Shown piece after piece: positions 10,750-18,851 of a DNA stretch of 64,000 nt; positions within the stretch are counted from its first letter, which is position 1; each line of letters opens with the position of its first letter. Below the pieces are notes generated by a model. The model saw nothing but the letters and a program-made list of their open reading frames with translations. It was not told the origin of the DNA and did no database searches. Location: IMG/VR virus record IMGVR_UViG_3300044912_000278. One strand, 5' to 3'. This DNA comes from an uncultured virus (IMG/VR IMGVR_UViG_3300044912_000278) (Duplodnaviria; Heunggongvirae; Uroviricota; Caudoviricetes). A program made the translations under genes and the position numbers.

Positions 10750-10792
10750 TTGGATTATCTAGGTCACAAGCTGGAGATGTTCTAATTAGGCT
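10728..10792 (+). promoter_or_regulatory. Putative programmed -1 ribosomal frameshift signal
   Basis: In-frame heptamers A_AAT_TTT (10728-34) and T_TTT_TTC (10731-37); 5-nt spacer; 12-bp stem AGCCTAATTGGA (10743-54) / TCTAATTAGGCT (10781-92). Confidence 0.75.
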
Positions 10793-10970
10793 AGACGATG
10801 AAGTAATGGCATTTAAACGCGAGCTTTATAGATTATGTTGGTATATGCGAGGTGGTGTATCAATTAACGATCTCCTATACAACTTATCATATGAAGATCG
10901 TAATGCGATGTATTCAGTAGTTAAAGAAAATATTGAATTAACAAAGACGTCAAGGATGCCGTTACTTTAA
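10737..10970 (+). CDS. gp51-like baseplate assembly frame (-1 extension of gp26; internal ATG at 10806 would give 54 aa)
   Basis: Open -1 frame RSSLIGLSRSQAGDVLIRLDDEVMAFKRELYRLCWYMRGGVSINDLLYNLSYEDRNAMYSVVKENIELTKTSRMPLL*; absent from ORF track. Confidence 0.7.
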   Translation, partial: RSSLIGLSRSQAGDVLIRLDDEVMAFKRELYRLCWYMRGGVSINDLLYNLSYEDRNAMYSVVKENIELTKTSRMPLL

Positions 10971-11884
10971 TCGGAATCTGCATATTTTAATACAAGATCA
11001 CCTTGTTTATTTCGTTTAAAACGATCAGGGGTATATCCTTGTGCTTTATCTGACGCTTGTTGAGCAGCTATATCAGCAGGGTTTGTTGATGGTTTAGCAG
11101 TAGCAGTAGCATCAACTGGTTTATTAGTTGTTGCTGTTGCATTAGCAGGTTTTTCTGTTGCAGTAGGTTTAGTAGCTGTTGCGTCTATAGGTTTATCAAT
11201 TGTAGCAGCTTGATCAGCAGGTTTTTCTGTTGTAGCTGCTGCATCAGCAGGTTTTTTAGTTGGCTCACCTGTTGCAATGCTGTCAGCTTCTGCAATTGCA
11301 TCTTGCACCATTTTACTAAATTGGTCAACTGCTTGATTAGCTAATGCACCGACATCTTTAACACCGTTAATTGTTCCAAATGTTAGAAATTTAGAAAGCA
11401 TTATTCTGCCTTCTTCTGACGCAATTTTCTGAAACACGTATGTTTGTGCACCTGCAGATAATAAATTAATTGTATTTGCAATAACTGGCCCAACACCGGG
11501 AATAATTCGTATAAATCCAAGCAATGAGCTGATAGATCCAAATACTATTTTTGTTACTAATGCTGAGGCTAAAGATGAAATTAGCAAACCCATTTGGATA
11601 TTATGTTCTTCGTTATAATCCATTTGAGCTTCTTTTGAATTTTTTGATTGTTTTAAAACATCGTTAGCATTTGACATATTTGTAAAATATGTATAAAACG
11701 GTTTAAGTAAGAAAAATAAGCCAGCTGCTTTTAATAATTTTAATGCCGCATTTGCAGCTGTAGAGAAGAAGCCCTCTTGCAATGGCTTAGACGTAGTAGC
11801 AGATGCAATTTCTGATAGTTTTCGTAGTTCTTGATGAATGAGATATTCATTCGGTGTTTTAGCAGTAATCTCGTATATTTTCAT
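10967..11884 (-). CDS. Hypothetical protein with hydrophobic core and low-complexity KP-x-D-AT repeats; possible virion protein
   Basis: 305 aa; ATAAATA upstream (11931-11937); degenerate repeats at about 11090-11260. Confidence 0.7.
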   Translation of the reverse strand: MKIYEITAKTPNEYLIHQELRKLSEIASATTSKPLQEGFFSTAANAALKLLKAAGLFFLLKPFYTYFTNMSNANDVLKQSKNSKEAQMDYNEEHNIQMGLLISSLASALVTKIVFGSISSLLGFIRIIPGVGPVIANTINLLSAGAQTYVFQKIASEEGRIMLSKFLTFGTINGVKDVGALANQAVDQFSKMVQDAIAEADSIATGEPTKKPADAAATTEKPADQAATIDKPIDATATKPTATEKPANATATTNKPVDATATAKPSTNPADIAAQQASDKAQGYTPDRFKRNKQGDLVLKYADSD

Positions 11885-12032
11885 TTATAATCCTGTTTGA
11901 TAGATCGTACTATCCCTTAATTGTTATTCATATTTATTAAAAAATAATAATCATCTTAAGATGAACTAGCGTTCATCTGTATTTCGTTATCACTCAATAC
12001 ATTTTTATAGAAGAAACAAAATATAAATTAAT

Positions 12033-12075
12033 ATTTAAATATGAAATAATAATTTAAATATGAATTAATAATTTA
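12033..12075. repeat. AT-rich 19-bp tandem repeat (2 copies plus partial)
   Basis: atttaaatatgaaataata / atttaaatatgaattaata / attta, inside a nearly pure A/T tract at about 12000-12090. Confidence 0.8.
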
Positions 12076-12089
12076 TTTAATAATAAAAA

Positions 12090-12530
12090 GATAGATATCA
12101 CTTTGGAGTCAGATGCACCCTAATAAAACTGGATGCAAGAAATCACCCCATCGCCATGGAATTGCAGTAAGAATTTAATGACTGTAGACTCTCGCTATTG
12201 GCTACCTCCCAACCAACACTTACAGGTATTTTTAAGATATAACTTTCAGGTGCTTTGTATATCATTACGAAATTGTTACTATGTCTAGTATTCTACAGAT
12301 TCTACGGACTCAGCATGCGAGCTTTTTGTCCACCATTCCGATTAAACAAAGCATTGACACCAATGGGGTGTTGCTTTAAGGCATCCTTATTGCGTTAAGG
12401 GTAGTGTTTAAAAGTCGCTATGCAATTAGCGATTTGAACAGCGGTTCACACATCAGGAACTTATCCAGCAGTATTATTATTCCGGCCTGCTAACCTTATG
12501 TTGCATTATATATTAAGTGTTTTGTGTGTT
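12090..12530 (-). ncRNA. Candidate large structured non-coding RNA (family not recognised)
   Basis: No ORF in track; GC higher than flanks; at least 10 stems, with G-U pairs mostly favouring the minus strand; perfect TATAAATA upstream; ends approximate. Confidence 0.6.
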
Positions 12531-12538
12531 CTGTCTGA

Positions 12539-12546
12539 TATTTATA
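12539..12546 (-). promoter_or_regulatory. T4-type late promoter TATAAATA pointing into the non-coding element
   Basis: Plus strand tatttata; next same-strand ORF is about 650 bp away and has its own motif. Confidence 0.7.
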
Positions 12547-12576
12547 ATTGTGTTGTTAAGCAACCCGCAGAAGTGA

Positions 12577-12996
12577 TTAACCTTTACGAGCAGCTAATTC
12601 TGCAAGATCATTTGCACGTTCATTACCTGGATTACCTGCATGAGCTTTAACCCATTGCCAATCTATAGTATGTGCAGCAGCAACAGTTTCTAATTTAAGC
12701 CAAAGATCACGATTTAAGTAATCAGTACGACCTTTCTTTTTCCAATTAGGAAACCATTGTGTAAAACCGTCAACGAGATATTTTGAATCAGAATAAATTC
12801 TAACTTTACATGGTCTTGTTAATCTAGAAAGTGCTTCAATAGCAGCTTGCATTTCCATGCGGTTGTTAGTAGTTTTTGGTTCTGTTCCAGAAAATTCTTT
12901 TATAACGTCTTTGTATTGCATAGTTATTCCCCATCCGCCTTTGCCTGGATTAGGTACGCATGCGCCGTCTGTATAAATTATTACAAGTTCTTCCAT
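12577..12996 (-). CDS. rnhA: Ribonuclease HI (bacterial type)
   Basis: IYTDGAC.PNPG.GG, TTNNRME, YSDSKY, WVKAHAG..GNERA motifs. Confidence 0.96.
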   Translation of the reverse strand: MEELVIIYTDGACVPNPGKGGWGITMQYKDVIKEFSGTEPKTTNNRMEMQAAIEALSRLTRPCKVRIYSDSKYLVDGFTQWFPNWKKKGRTDYLNRDLWLKLETVAAAHTIDWQWVKAHAGNPGNERANDLAELAARKG

Positions 12997-13076
12997 AGTG
13001 TTTTGTGTTAGATTATATTGTGTTTAGTTCTTAAACAAATATTTATCTGAACAACTTCTCCACCTTGTTAGAAACG

Positions 13077-13105
13077 ATTATACAGTAATAGTATAAGGAT
13101 GTCAA
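13077..13105 (-). promoter_or_regulatory. Consensus sigma70 promoter TTGACA-N17-TATAAT upstream of rnhA
   Basis: Plus strand attata 13077-82, 17 nt, tgtcaa 13100-05; a second, late-type motif at 13040-46. Confidence 0.88.
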
Positions 13106-13109
13106 CTGA

Positions 13110-13631
13110 TCATTTTGCCAAACATAAAGTCTTAACAGCTTCATTGTTTGCATTCCAAAAAGAATCGTAATCTGTAAACACCCATTTACCGTTCTTTTTG
13201 GAATGATAGTCTACACTTTTTTGTAGTTTGAATTTTTTAATATGTTTATGTTCAAATGCAACATACGAGCCTTTGCGATTAAACTTCATCATAATGATAT
13301 TAAAATCATCTGTATCAGCAACTTCTAAAGTTTGCTCAATCCAAGTATCTAAAATCTTAATTTCACCTGCAGTAAACAATTGATGAAATGGAAAATCAGC
13401 ATAGGATTTACATTCGGCATTAAAATGTTTCCAATTTAATGGCGGTACAATATCACCCTTCATAGCACGAATTTGTCCTTCATGTAAGAAGTCTTTACGC
13501 ACTGCATTCTTACCTCCGATATAAGCACCGCTGCCTGGTACCCTCATAAAATGACTTCCATATAAAGAGCTTAAATGTTTTGATACGGTGTTTTCCCAAC
13601 TGTTCCCTTTTGATTTGCTCTTACTCGGCAT
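13110..13631 (-). CDS. Holliday junction resolvase-like PD-(D/E)xK nuclease
   Basis: SKSKGNSWE, RVPGSGA, GDI...ECK (Hjc-like pattern). Confidence 0.75.
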   Translation of the reverse strand: MPSKSKSKGNSWENTVSKHLSSLYGSHFMRVPGSGAYIGGKNAVRKDFLHEGQIRAMKGDIVPPLNWKHFNAECKSYADFPFHQLFTAGEIKILDTWIEQTLEVADTDDFNIIMMKFNRKGSYVAFEHKHIKKFKLQKSVDYHSKKNGKWVFTDYDSFWNANNEAVKTLCLAK

Positions 13632-13960
13632 TATAATTTCCCTTTCCTTTTTATCTTTACTTTAATTATCGGTTCGATTAAGCCATCTTGTATTTTTTGG
13701 TCACGCTCTTGTATTAACGCTTTAGCACGCTTACTTGGAGTTTTAGGAGAGAAATGATAATATCTCCAATCTTGAACTGTTTTGCGTTGTTCATCACAAT
13801 AATTTCTAAGCTTAACGCTAAGTTTTTTAATTTCCATTAATTCTTTACGTAAGTCTACAACAGTAGCTGAATTTTGTATTGTAACCCAGCGTTGATGTGC
13901 TTTAAAGTATTCATTAAATGCATTCATTATTTCGTCGTGTAATTCTTCATTTGGTAACAT
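13631..13960 (-). CDS. Hypothetical basic protein
   Basis: 109 aa, stop/start coupled to the resolvase; ATAAATA upstream at 13980-86. Confidence 0.7.
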   Translation of the reverse strand: MLPNEELHDEIMNAFNEYFKAHQRWVTIQNSATVVDLRKELMEIKKLSVKLRNYCDEQRKTVQDWRYYHFSPKTPSKRAKALIQERDQKIQDGLIEPIIKVKIKRKGKL

Positions 13961-13997
13961 AATAATTCCATATAATAACTATTTATTAGTCGTGAGA

Positions 13998-14023
13998 ATG
14001 CCACTCTAAAAATAAAGTGGCAT
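13998..14023. terminator. Hairpin downstream of gp46
   Basis: atgccact...agtggcat inverted repeat; no clear U-tract. Confidence 0.4.
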
Positions 14024-14027
14024 ACAT

Positions 14028-15797
14028 TTATCGGATTTCTAAATCTGTATCGTAGGAAGTAAAACCGTTTTCCTTTACAACTCTAAGTACATTGTTTACA
14101 CGTCCAATTAATTCTTCTTTATGACTAATTAAGAACACGTTTTTATGACGTTCTCTTGCCATACCTTTTAGTACAGTTAACGCACTTTCAATACCATTAG
14201 CATCTAAACCGTTGTCAATAAGTTCGTCTACAAATAACAAGTTAATACCTTGATATAGACTTTCCCACACATCACGGAATGCCCAAGACATACCTAAAAT
14301 CAGTCTGTTACGTTCCCCACGGGATAAATTGTCAAAATCTAAATCTTGTCCTAATTGTGTAATTTCGACAGTTAAATCATTTTGAAATACTACATTATGC
14401 GGCAACCCCATCTTATCTAAGTAGTAAGTTAACCGATTGTTTAAGTACGCTAAATTTTGATCTATAATTTTTTTACGGATAAAACTGTCTTTATTTGTGA
14501 GTAGTTTAAGCAAAAACTCTTGGTGATCTTTGAGTGCGTTTGCTTCGTTAATCTTATCCCAACTAATCTCTTGTAATGCAGCATTCCGCATTTCGTCAAT
14601 TTGTTCTTGGTATGGATCAGTGTCAACTGCTTTAACTTCTAACTGTTGTTCTAAAGATCTAAAGTTAGTTTGGTGTTTTAATGCTTGCTCAAGTGTGTCA
14701 TAATATGTATCTGGTCTAGTTTCAATAACTGTAATATTAGCTAGCTCATTGCATATTTTATTGTAATCAGATGACACTTTATCAAAATATTTTTGTGCTT
14801 CGAGTAAGTGTTGTTCGGCAGTGTTAAGTAATTCTGTGTGTTTGTGATCGTGTAATTCTTGTTCACAAGCATGACATTTTTTGTTATCAAGTGCGTTAAT
14901 TTCTCTAACATATTTGTCTCTAGTTTTAGTAGCTTGACTTGATGCAGACTCTAAAGTTGCTTTTTCTTTGTTAAGACTTGCTATTGTTGCACGTTGTTCT
15001 AAGTACTCTTTTAGTAACGAATGATTAGCAACTTCAGCTTCAATGTCTACACTTTCCATTTCTACAATGGCACGAGCAAGTTTTTCAAGATCAGTTTCTT
15101 GTTGACTATACCATGCTTTTTGTCTTAATAACAGGGTATTAATGCTTTGTTGAATACGCTCATTTGACTTTTTAGCAGCTTCAATGTTTGCAGTTTCTTG
15201 ATAAATTGTATCTTTGGTTTGTCTAACTTGCTCTTTAAGTGTTTCGGCTTTTTCACTTAGCAATGTAATACCTAACAGTTGTTCAATGATTTCTCGTTGA
15301 TCATTTGCTCTCATTGACAAGAATGGTTCTGTGTAAGTGTTCAATGCAACGATATGTTTGAACATATCATGACTCATACCGAATAAGTGATGCAAGTCTT
15401 TTTGTGTCTCTCTCATATCGCCTTGTGCATCGTCTGCTAACACTTGTGATTCTTCGTTAACAAAGAACTTAAGAACAGTTGGTTTGCGTCCACGTTCGAT
15501 GCGATATGTGTTACCGTCTTTTTCAAAAGACAACGTAACTAACATGTTCTTATTATTGATTTTATTGATTAAATTATCTTTTTTGATGTTAGTAAGAGCA
15601 GAACCGTATAGCGCGTAACTAATAGCGTTTAACATTGCAGTTTTTCCTACTCCGTTTCTAGATCCAGCGTCATCACCGCCTTGATCTAGGTTTTCTCCTA
15701 ATACAAGTGTTAAGTTATCAGTAGTTAAGTTTACTGCTTGCGTTTGGTTACCGATTGAGAGAAAGTTTTTTGCAGTTATTGATTTAAGTGTTATCAT
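14028..15797 (-). CDS. gp46: Recombination endonuclease ATPase subunit (gp46 / Rad50-SbcC-like)
   Basis: Walker A NGVGKT, zinc hook CHAC, signature LSRGE, Walker B LLFVDE, ISH. Confidence 0.95.
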   Translation of the reverse strand: MITLKSITAKNFLSIGNQTQAVNLTTDNLTLVLGENLDQGGDDAGSRNGVGKTAMLNAISYALYGSALTNIKKDNLINKINNKNMLVTLSFEKDGNTYRIERGRKPTVLKFFVNEESQVLADDAQGDMRETQKDLHHLFGMSHDMFKHIVALNTYTEPFLSMRANDQREIIEQLLGITLLSEKAETLKEQVRQTKDTIYQETANIEAAKKSNERIQQSINTLLLRQKAWYSQQETDLEKLARAIVEMESVDIEAEVANHSLLKEYLEQRATIASLNKEKATLESASSQATKTRDKYVREINALDNKKCHACEQELHDHKHTELLNTAEQHLLEAQKYFDKVSSDYNKICNELANITVIETRPDTYYDTLEQALKHQTNFRSLEQQLEVKAVDTDPYQEQIDEMRNAALQEISWDKINEANALKDHQEFLLKLLTNKDSFIRKKIIDQNLAYLNNRLTYYLDKMGLPHNVVFQNDLTVEITQLGQDLDFDNLSRGERNRLILGMSWAFRDVWESLYQGINLLFVDELIDNGLDANGIESALTVLKGMARERHKNVFLISHKEELIGRVNNVLRVVKENGFTSYDTDLEIR

Positions 15798-16665
15798 TAT
15801 AATGGGTAATAAGTTGAATAAGGGTGTTAAGTTCTATAGAACATTTAATATGTTTAGATATATTGTCTGTGTAAGGCATCATTACTAAGTTACAAATATG
15901 ACCAATTATTTCCGGAGGAACGCTGTCTGTAAATCCCTGCCAAACACTAAATTTATGGTCTAAATGATAAGTTAATCGACCTCGTTTATCGTAGTTTTCT
16001 AAAATGGTCAAGTTTTGTTTTCTCGTTTCAGCCCATACTTGTCTTTTATATTGTTCAAACTCAGAATGTAAATCAGGCGACATACATAATCCTAATTTTA
16101 CCTTTGTATCTATAACTCTTTCAAAAATTTCTTTAGTTTTTTCTTTAGGACGGCGGGCAACAGTAAGTTTTACGTTAGTAGAAACTTTCTGCTTTAATAA
16201 CGTTGCTTCATCTTCTGATAAATGTAACCATCGATTTTTTCGTCTATTAATATCATTTATTTCTTCAATTGATTTAGATTTTAATGTTTCTTGCCATTTT
16301 TGTTGGCGTTGACTCCAAATTTCAAATCCTTCTTTATCACCGTATTTGTTAATACATATTTTTTTAGAAAAGTTAGTCTGAAACTCTGATAGTTTTAAAG
16401 TTGCATCTTCGAATGACAGCCCTTTTGTTAACCAAAATTCTAAACATCGAGGAGATAATTTTCGTTTTTCTTCAGCAGACATTTCTTTTCGTTTTTTACC
16501 TCCTTGTTGCTGTCGTTCTTTTACTAATAAGGTTGCTTCATCTTCTGAATATCCTTTGTTGATATAATATAAAACATTATTTGGTCTTCTAATTGCAATT
16601 TGATATTTTGCGTCATCTTCTGAATATCCTTTTGTAATCCAGTATGACAAAGAAAATACTGACAT
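15784..16665 (-). CDS. Putative HNH-like homing endonuclease with N-terminal repeats
   Basis: Repeats YWITKGYSEDDA / YYINKGYSEDEA / FWLTKGLSFEDA; C-terminal HLDHKFS...HICNL...N; separates gp47 and gp46. Confidence 0.65.
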   Translation of the reverse strand: MSVFSLSYWITKGYSEDDAKYQIAIRRPNNVLYYINKGYSEDEATLLVKERQQQGGKKRKEMSAEEKRKLSPRCLEFWLTKGLSFEDATLKLSEFQTNFSKKICINKYGDKEGFEIWSQRQQKWQETLKSKSIEEINDINRRKNRWLHLSEDEATLLKQKVSTNVKLTVARRPKEKTKEIFERVIDTKVKLGLCMSPDLHSEFEQYKRQVWAETRKQNLTILENYDKRGRLTYHLDHKFSVWQGFTDSVPPEIIGHICNLVMMPYTDNISKHIKCSIELNTLIQLITHYNDNT

Positions 16666-16717
16666 AGGTTTCTCCTTTATTTGTATTTAGTTAACGGCAC
16701 TGGTAAATGTAATATCT

Positions 16718-17731
16718 TCATAGGTTGCTATAGATTGATAATAATGTGTTTTTGTTATAAGTTTCAGAGTCAATATTTACAATTTGAGTTGCTACAATTT
16801 CGTCTATACTTTCAAATGCTTCAATGTCTACGTTGCTTGATACATCTATTGACTTGCGTTCTTCAATTACTTTAAGTTCTCTTAATTTATAATCTCCAAT
16901 AAACTTTTCTTTAATAAAGCTAGCTTCTTCAAAGCTAATATCAATGTCTAATGCTACACGTAAGTGTTGATTTGGTTTAAGAATCTTATCAGCATCGTCT
17001 AAAAGTTGACTTAATTTAACAGTTCTAAATGTAGGTTGATTTGGCCAAGTAAAGAATTCAGGTTGTCCGTCCCACTCTAAAACCATCATACCTCTTGCAT
17101 CGTCCCACGCATCTGCATAGTTATGCGGGAATGCATTACCAATGTAATGCATGTTTTCACGTTGCTGTCTTTTGTGAAAATGACCACTAAAACCAAGTTC
17201 ATAACTGCTAAAAGCTTCTAAACTAATCTCACCGTGATCTGGCATTTGTACCATTGCGTTCATAAAAAAATGAGGTAATTCAAAGTGACCAAAGATATAC
17301 TTCGCACCTTTCTTACCAATTTCTTTCCATTCATCATGTACTAACCAAGGACATAATGTAACATTTTTAATAGTAGTTGGGTGATGAACTACGGTAATTC
17401 CGGGGATATATTTGCCAAATTCAACACTGTGTATGTCACGTTTATCTTTGTAATATAGGTCATGATTACCTGGAAAAAAGTAAAACTCATCAAATGCTTG
17501 ACCTAATTTTTCCAAAGCTCGAAGGCTGTAATCCATAGTTGTGATGTTTAAACTATTACGATTATGATGCCAATCTCCCATAAAGATACCAACATCACAC
17601 CCTTCTTCTTTTGCTTTTGCAATGTACCAATCTACAAAATCTTCACAATCTTGATTGTGAACGCTGCTGTTTGACTTAAGACCATAATGGATATCGGTAA
17701 AAACAGCAGCCTTTTTAAATAAATTATTCAT
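16718..17731 (-). CDS. gp47: Recombination endonuclease nuclease subunit (gp47 / Mre11-SbcD-like)
   Basis: Metallophosphoesterase motifs DIH, GDWHH, GNHD, GHFE, SGHFH. Confidence 0.95.
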   Translation of the reverse strand: MNNLFKKAAVFTDIHYGLKSNSSVHNQDCEDFVDWYIAKAKEEGCDVGIFMGDWHHNRNSLNITTMDYSLRALEKLGQAFDEFYFFPGNHDLYYKDKRDIHSVEFGKYIPGITVVHHPTTIKNVTLCPWLVHDEWKEIGKKGAKYIFGHFELPHFFMNAMVQMPDHGEISLEAFSSYELGFSGHFHKRQQRENMHYIGNAFPHNYADAWDDARGMMVLEWDGQPEFFTWPNQPTFRTVKLSQLLDDADKILKPNQHLRVALDIDISFEEASFIKEKFIGDYKLRELKVIEERKSIDVSSNVDIEAFESIDEIVATQIVNIDSETYNKNTLLSIYSNL

Positions 17732-17981
17732 TATTTCCTATTGAACTATATTTTAATAAAAACCAAACTAAATCTTTGTTTGTGATAAATGTAACATCCC
17801 CGCCAAAACTACTATTAAAATTTACGTTGCATTTATAAGTATCTTCAAAAAGCTTTTCAAGATATCTAGCAGTGGCATCTGGGTGTTCTTCTCTAAGTAT
17901 TTTATAAGCAGCATCGAGTGCCGGATGCTGAATATCTAATGAGTTATTCGTGATCTTCTGATCGTCGCATTGCAATGTCAT
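17724..17981 (-). CDS. Hypothetical protein
   Basis: 85-aa ORF filling the gp55-gp47 gap; start uncertain. Confidence 0.6.
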   Translation of the reverse strand: MTLQCDDQKITNNSLDIQHPALDAAYKILREEHPDATARYLEKLFEDTYKCNVNFNSSFGGDVTFITNKDLVWFLLKYSSIGNNE

Positions 17982-18768
17982 ATTCTTCTGATCCGGTCCT
18001 AGTATATGATGGGTTCATTCCGTTCATTTCTAAAATATCATCTCTAATATTTTGATTACGTTTTTCTATGTTAATAACTCTAACAAATGAATTAGTGCAG
18101 GCAGCGGTAAAATATGCAAACGGATTATCTGATTTTGATTCATCAAACTGTAAACCAATTTGTGTTAGCTGTAATATTGCCTGTCCGCGCATCTCGTCAT
18201 TGTAAGTATACCCTCTTACATTACCTCTAGTTGCGTATCGCTCACACAGTTTAATCATCATTCTTGCTAAAGTATCAGTAATTTGTCCTGCAGTTCTATG
18301 ATATTGCCCTGTTTCTAAGTCCCCTGACCAGTGACTCTTGCCAACGCACACTAAAACATTATCTATAAATTTCCAATGTTGAAACGGTGGAAAGTTTACT
18401 TTGTCTCTTTTATCTGCTTCTGTTTTTGGATTTTTCTTTCTAGTTGCATTTAGTGGAATATGTTCATATGACATAATTCTAAATACTAAATCTTCTTTTG
18501 CTATAGTTTTATAACTAATTTCACAATCTGCTTGTTTAAGTTTTTCGCCATTGTTCTTTCTAGTTAAATAGTTTAAATCACCTAGCCGCTTTGCTTGATT
18601 CCGTTTTGCATCTGCTATAGTACGAATGTTTATCTTATCTATACTAGGTAAAATTAAATCGTATTGATGATACGATGGGTCAGTAAAAACACAATAAGAG
18701 CTTTTTGATCTATGTATTTCTAACAGCATATCTTTGTTGTTTAAGTAATTTACTTTTGGTGTAAGCAT
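17944..18768 (-). CDS. gp55: Late-transcription sigma factor (T4 gp55-like)
   Basis: NYLNNKDML, RGYTYNDEM, FDESKSDNPFAYFT motifs; upstream of gp47/gp46 as in T4. Start moved from 18783 to ATG 18768, which has a GGAG SD and fits the promoter. Confidence 0.85.
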   Translation of the reverse strand: MLTPKVNYLNNKDMLLEIHRSKSSYCVFTDPSYHQYDLILPSIDKINIRTIADAKRNQAKRLGDLNYLTRKNNGEKLKQADCEISYKTIAKEDLVFRIMSYEHIPLNATRKKNPKTEADKRDKVNFPPFQHWKFIDNVLVCVGKSHWSGDLETGQYHRTAGQITDTLARMMIKLCERYATRGNVRGYTYNDEMRGQAILQLTQIGLQFDESKSDNPFAYFTAACTNSFVRVINIEKRNQNIRDDILEMNGMNPSYTRTGSEEYDIAMRRSEDHE

Positions 18769-18793
18769 TGTTTGTATCTCCATTTACATAGCT

Positions 18794-18822
18794 ATTATAA
18801 ACTCTACACTTAATAAAGTCAA
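18794..18822 (-). promoter_or_regulatory. Sigma70 promoter TTGACT-N17-TATAAT for gp55
   Basis: Plus strand attata 18794-99, 17 nt, agtcaa 18817-22. Confidence 0.8.
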
Positions 18823-18829
18823 ATAAATA
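18823..18829 (+). promoter_or_regulatory. Late promoter motif ATAAATA for the baseplate operon
   Basis: 22 nt upstream of ATG 18852; same motif recurs before other structural genes. Confidence 0.6.
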
Positions 18830-18851
18830 ATGTAATATAAGGAACACAATT

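Noticed and set aside
12090..12530. Group I/II intron, tmRNA, RNase P or tRNA identity for the structured region
   Set aside because: No interrupted gene. A weak GACTG...AAGATATA resemblance lacks the complementary P7 strand. No domain V, GAGGAAAGTCC, T-loop or CCA features found by eye.
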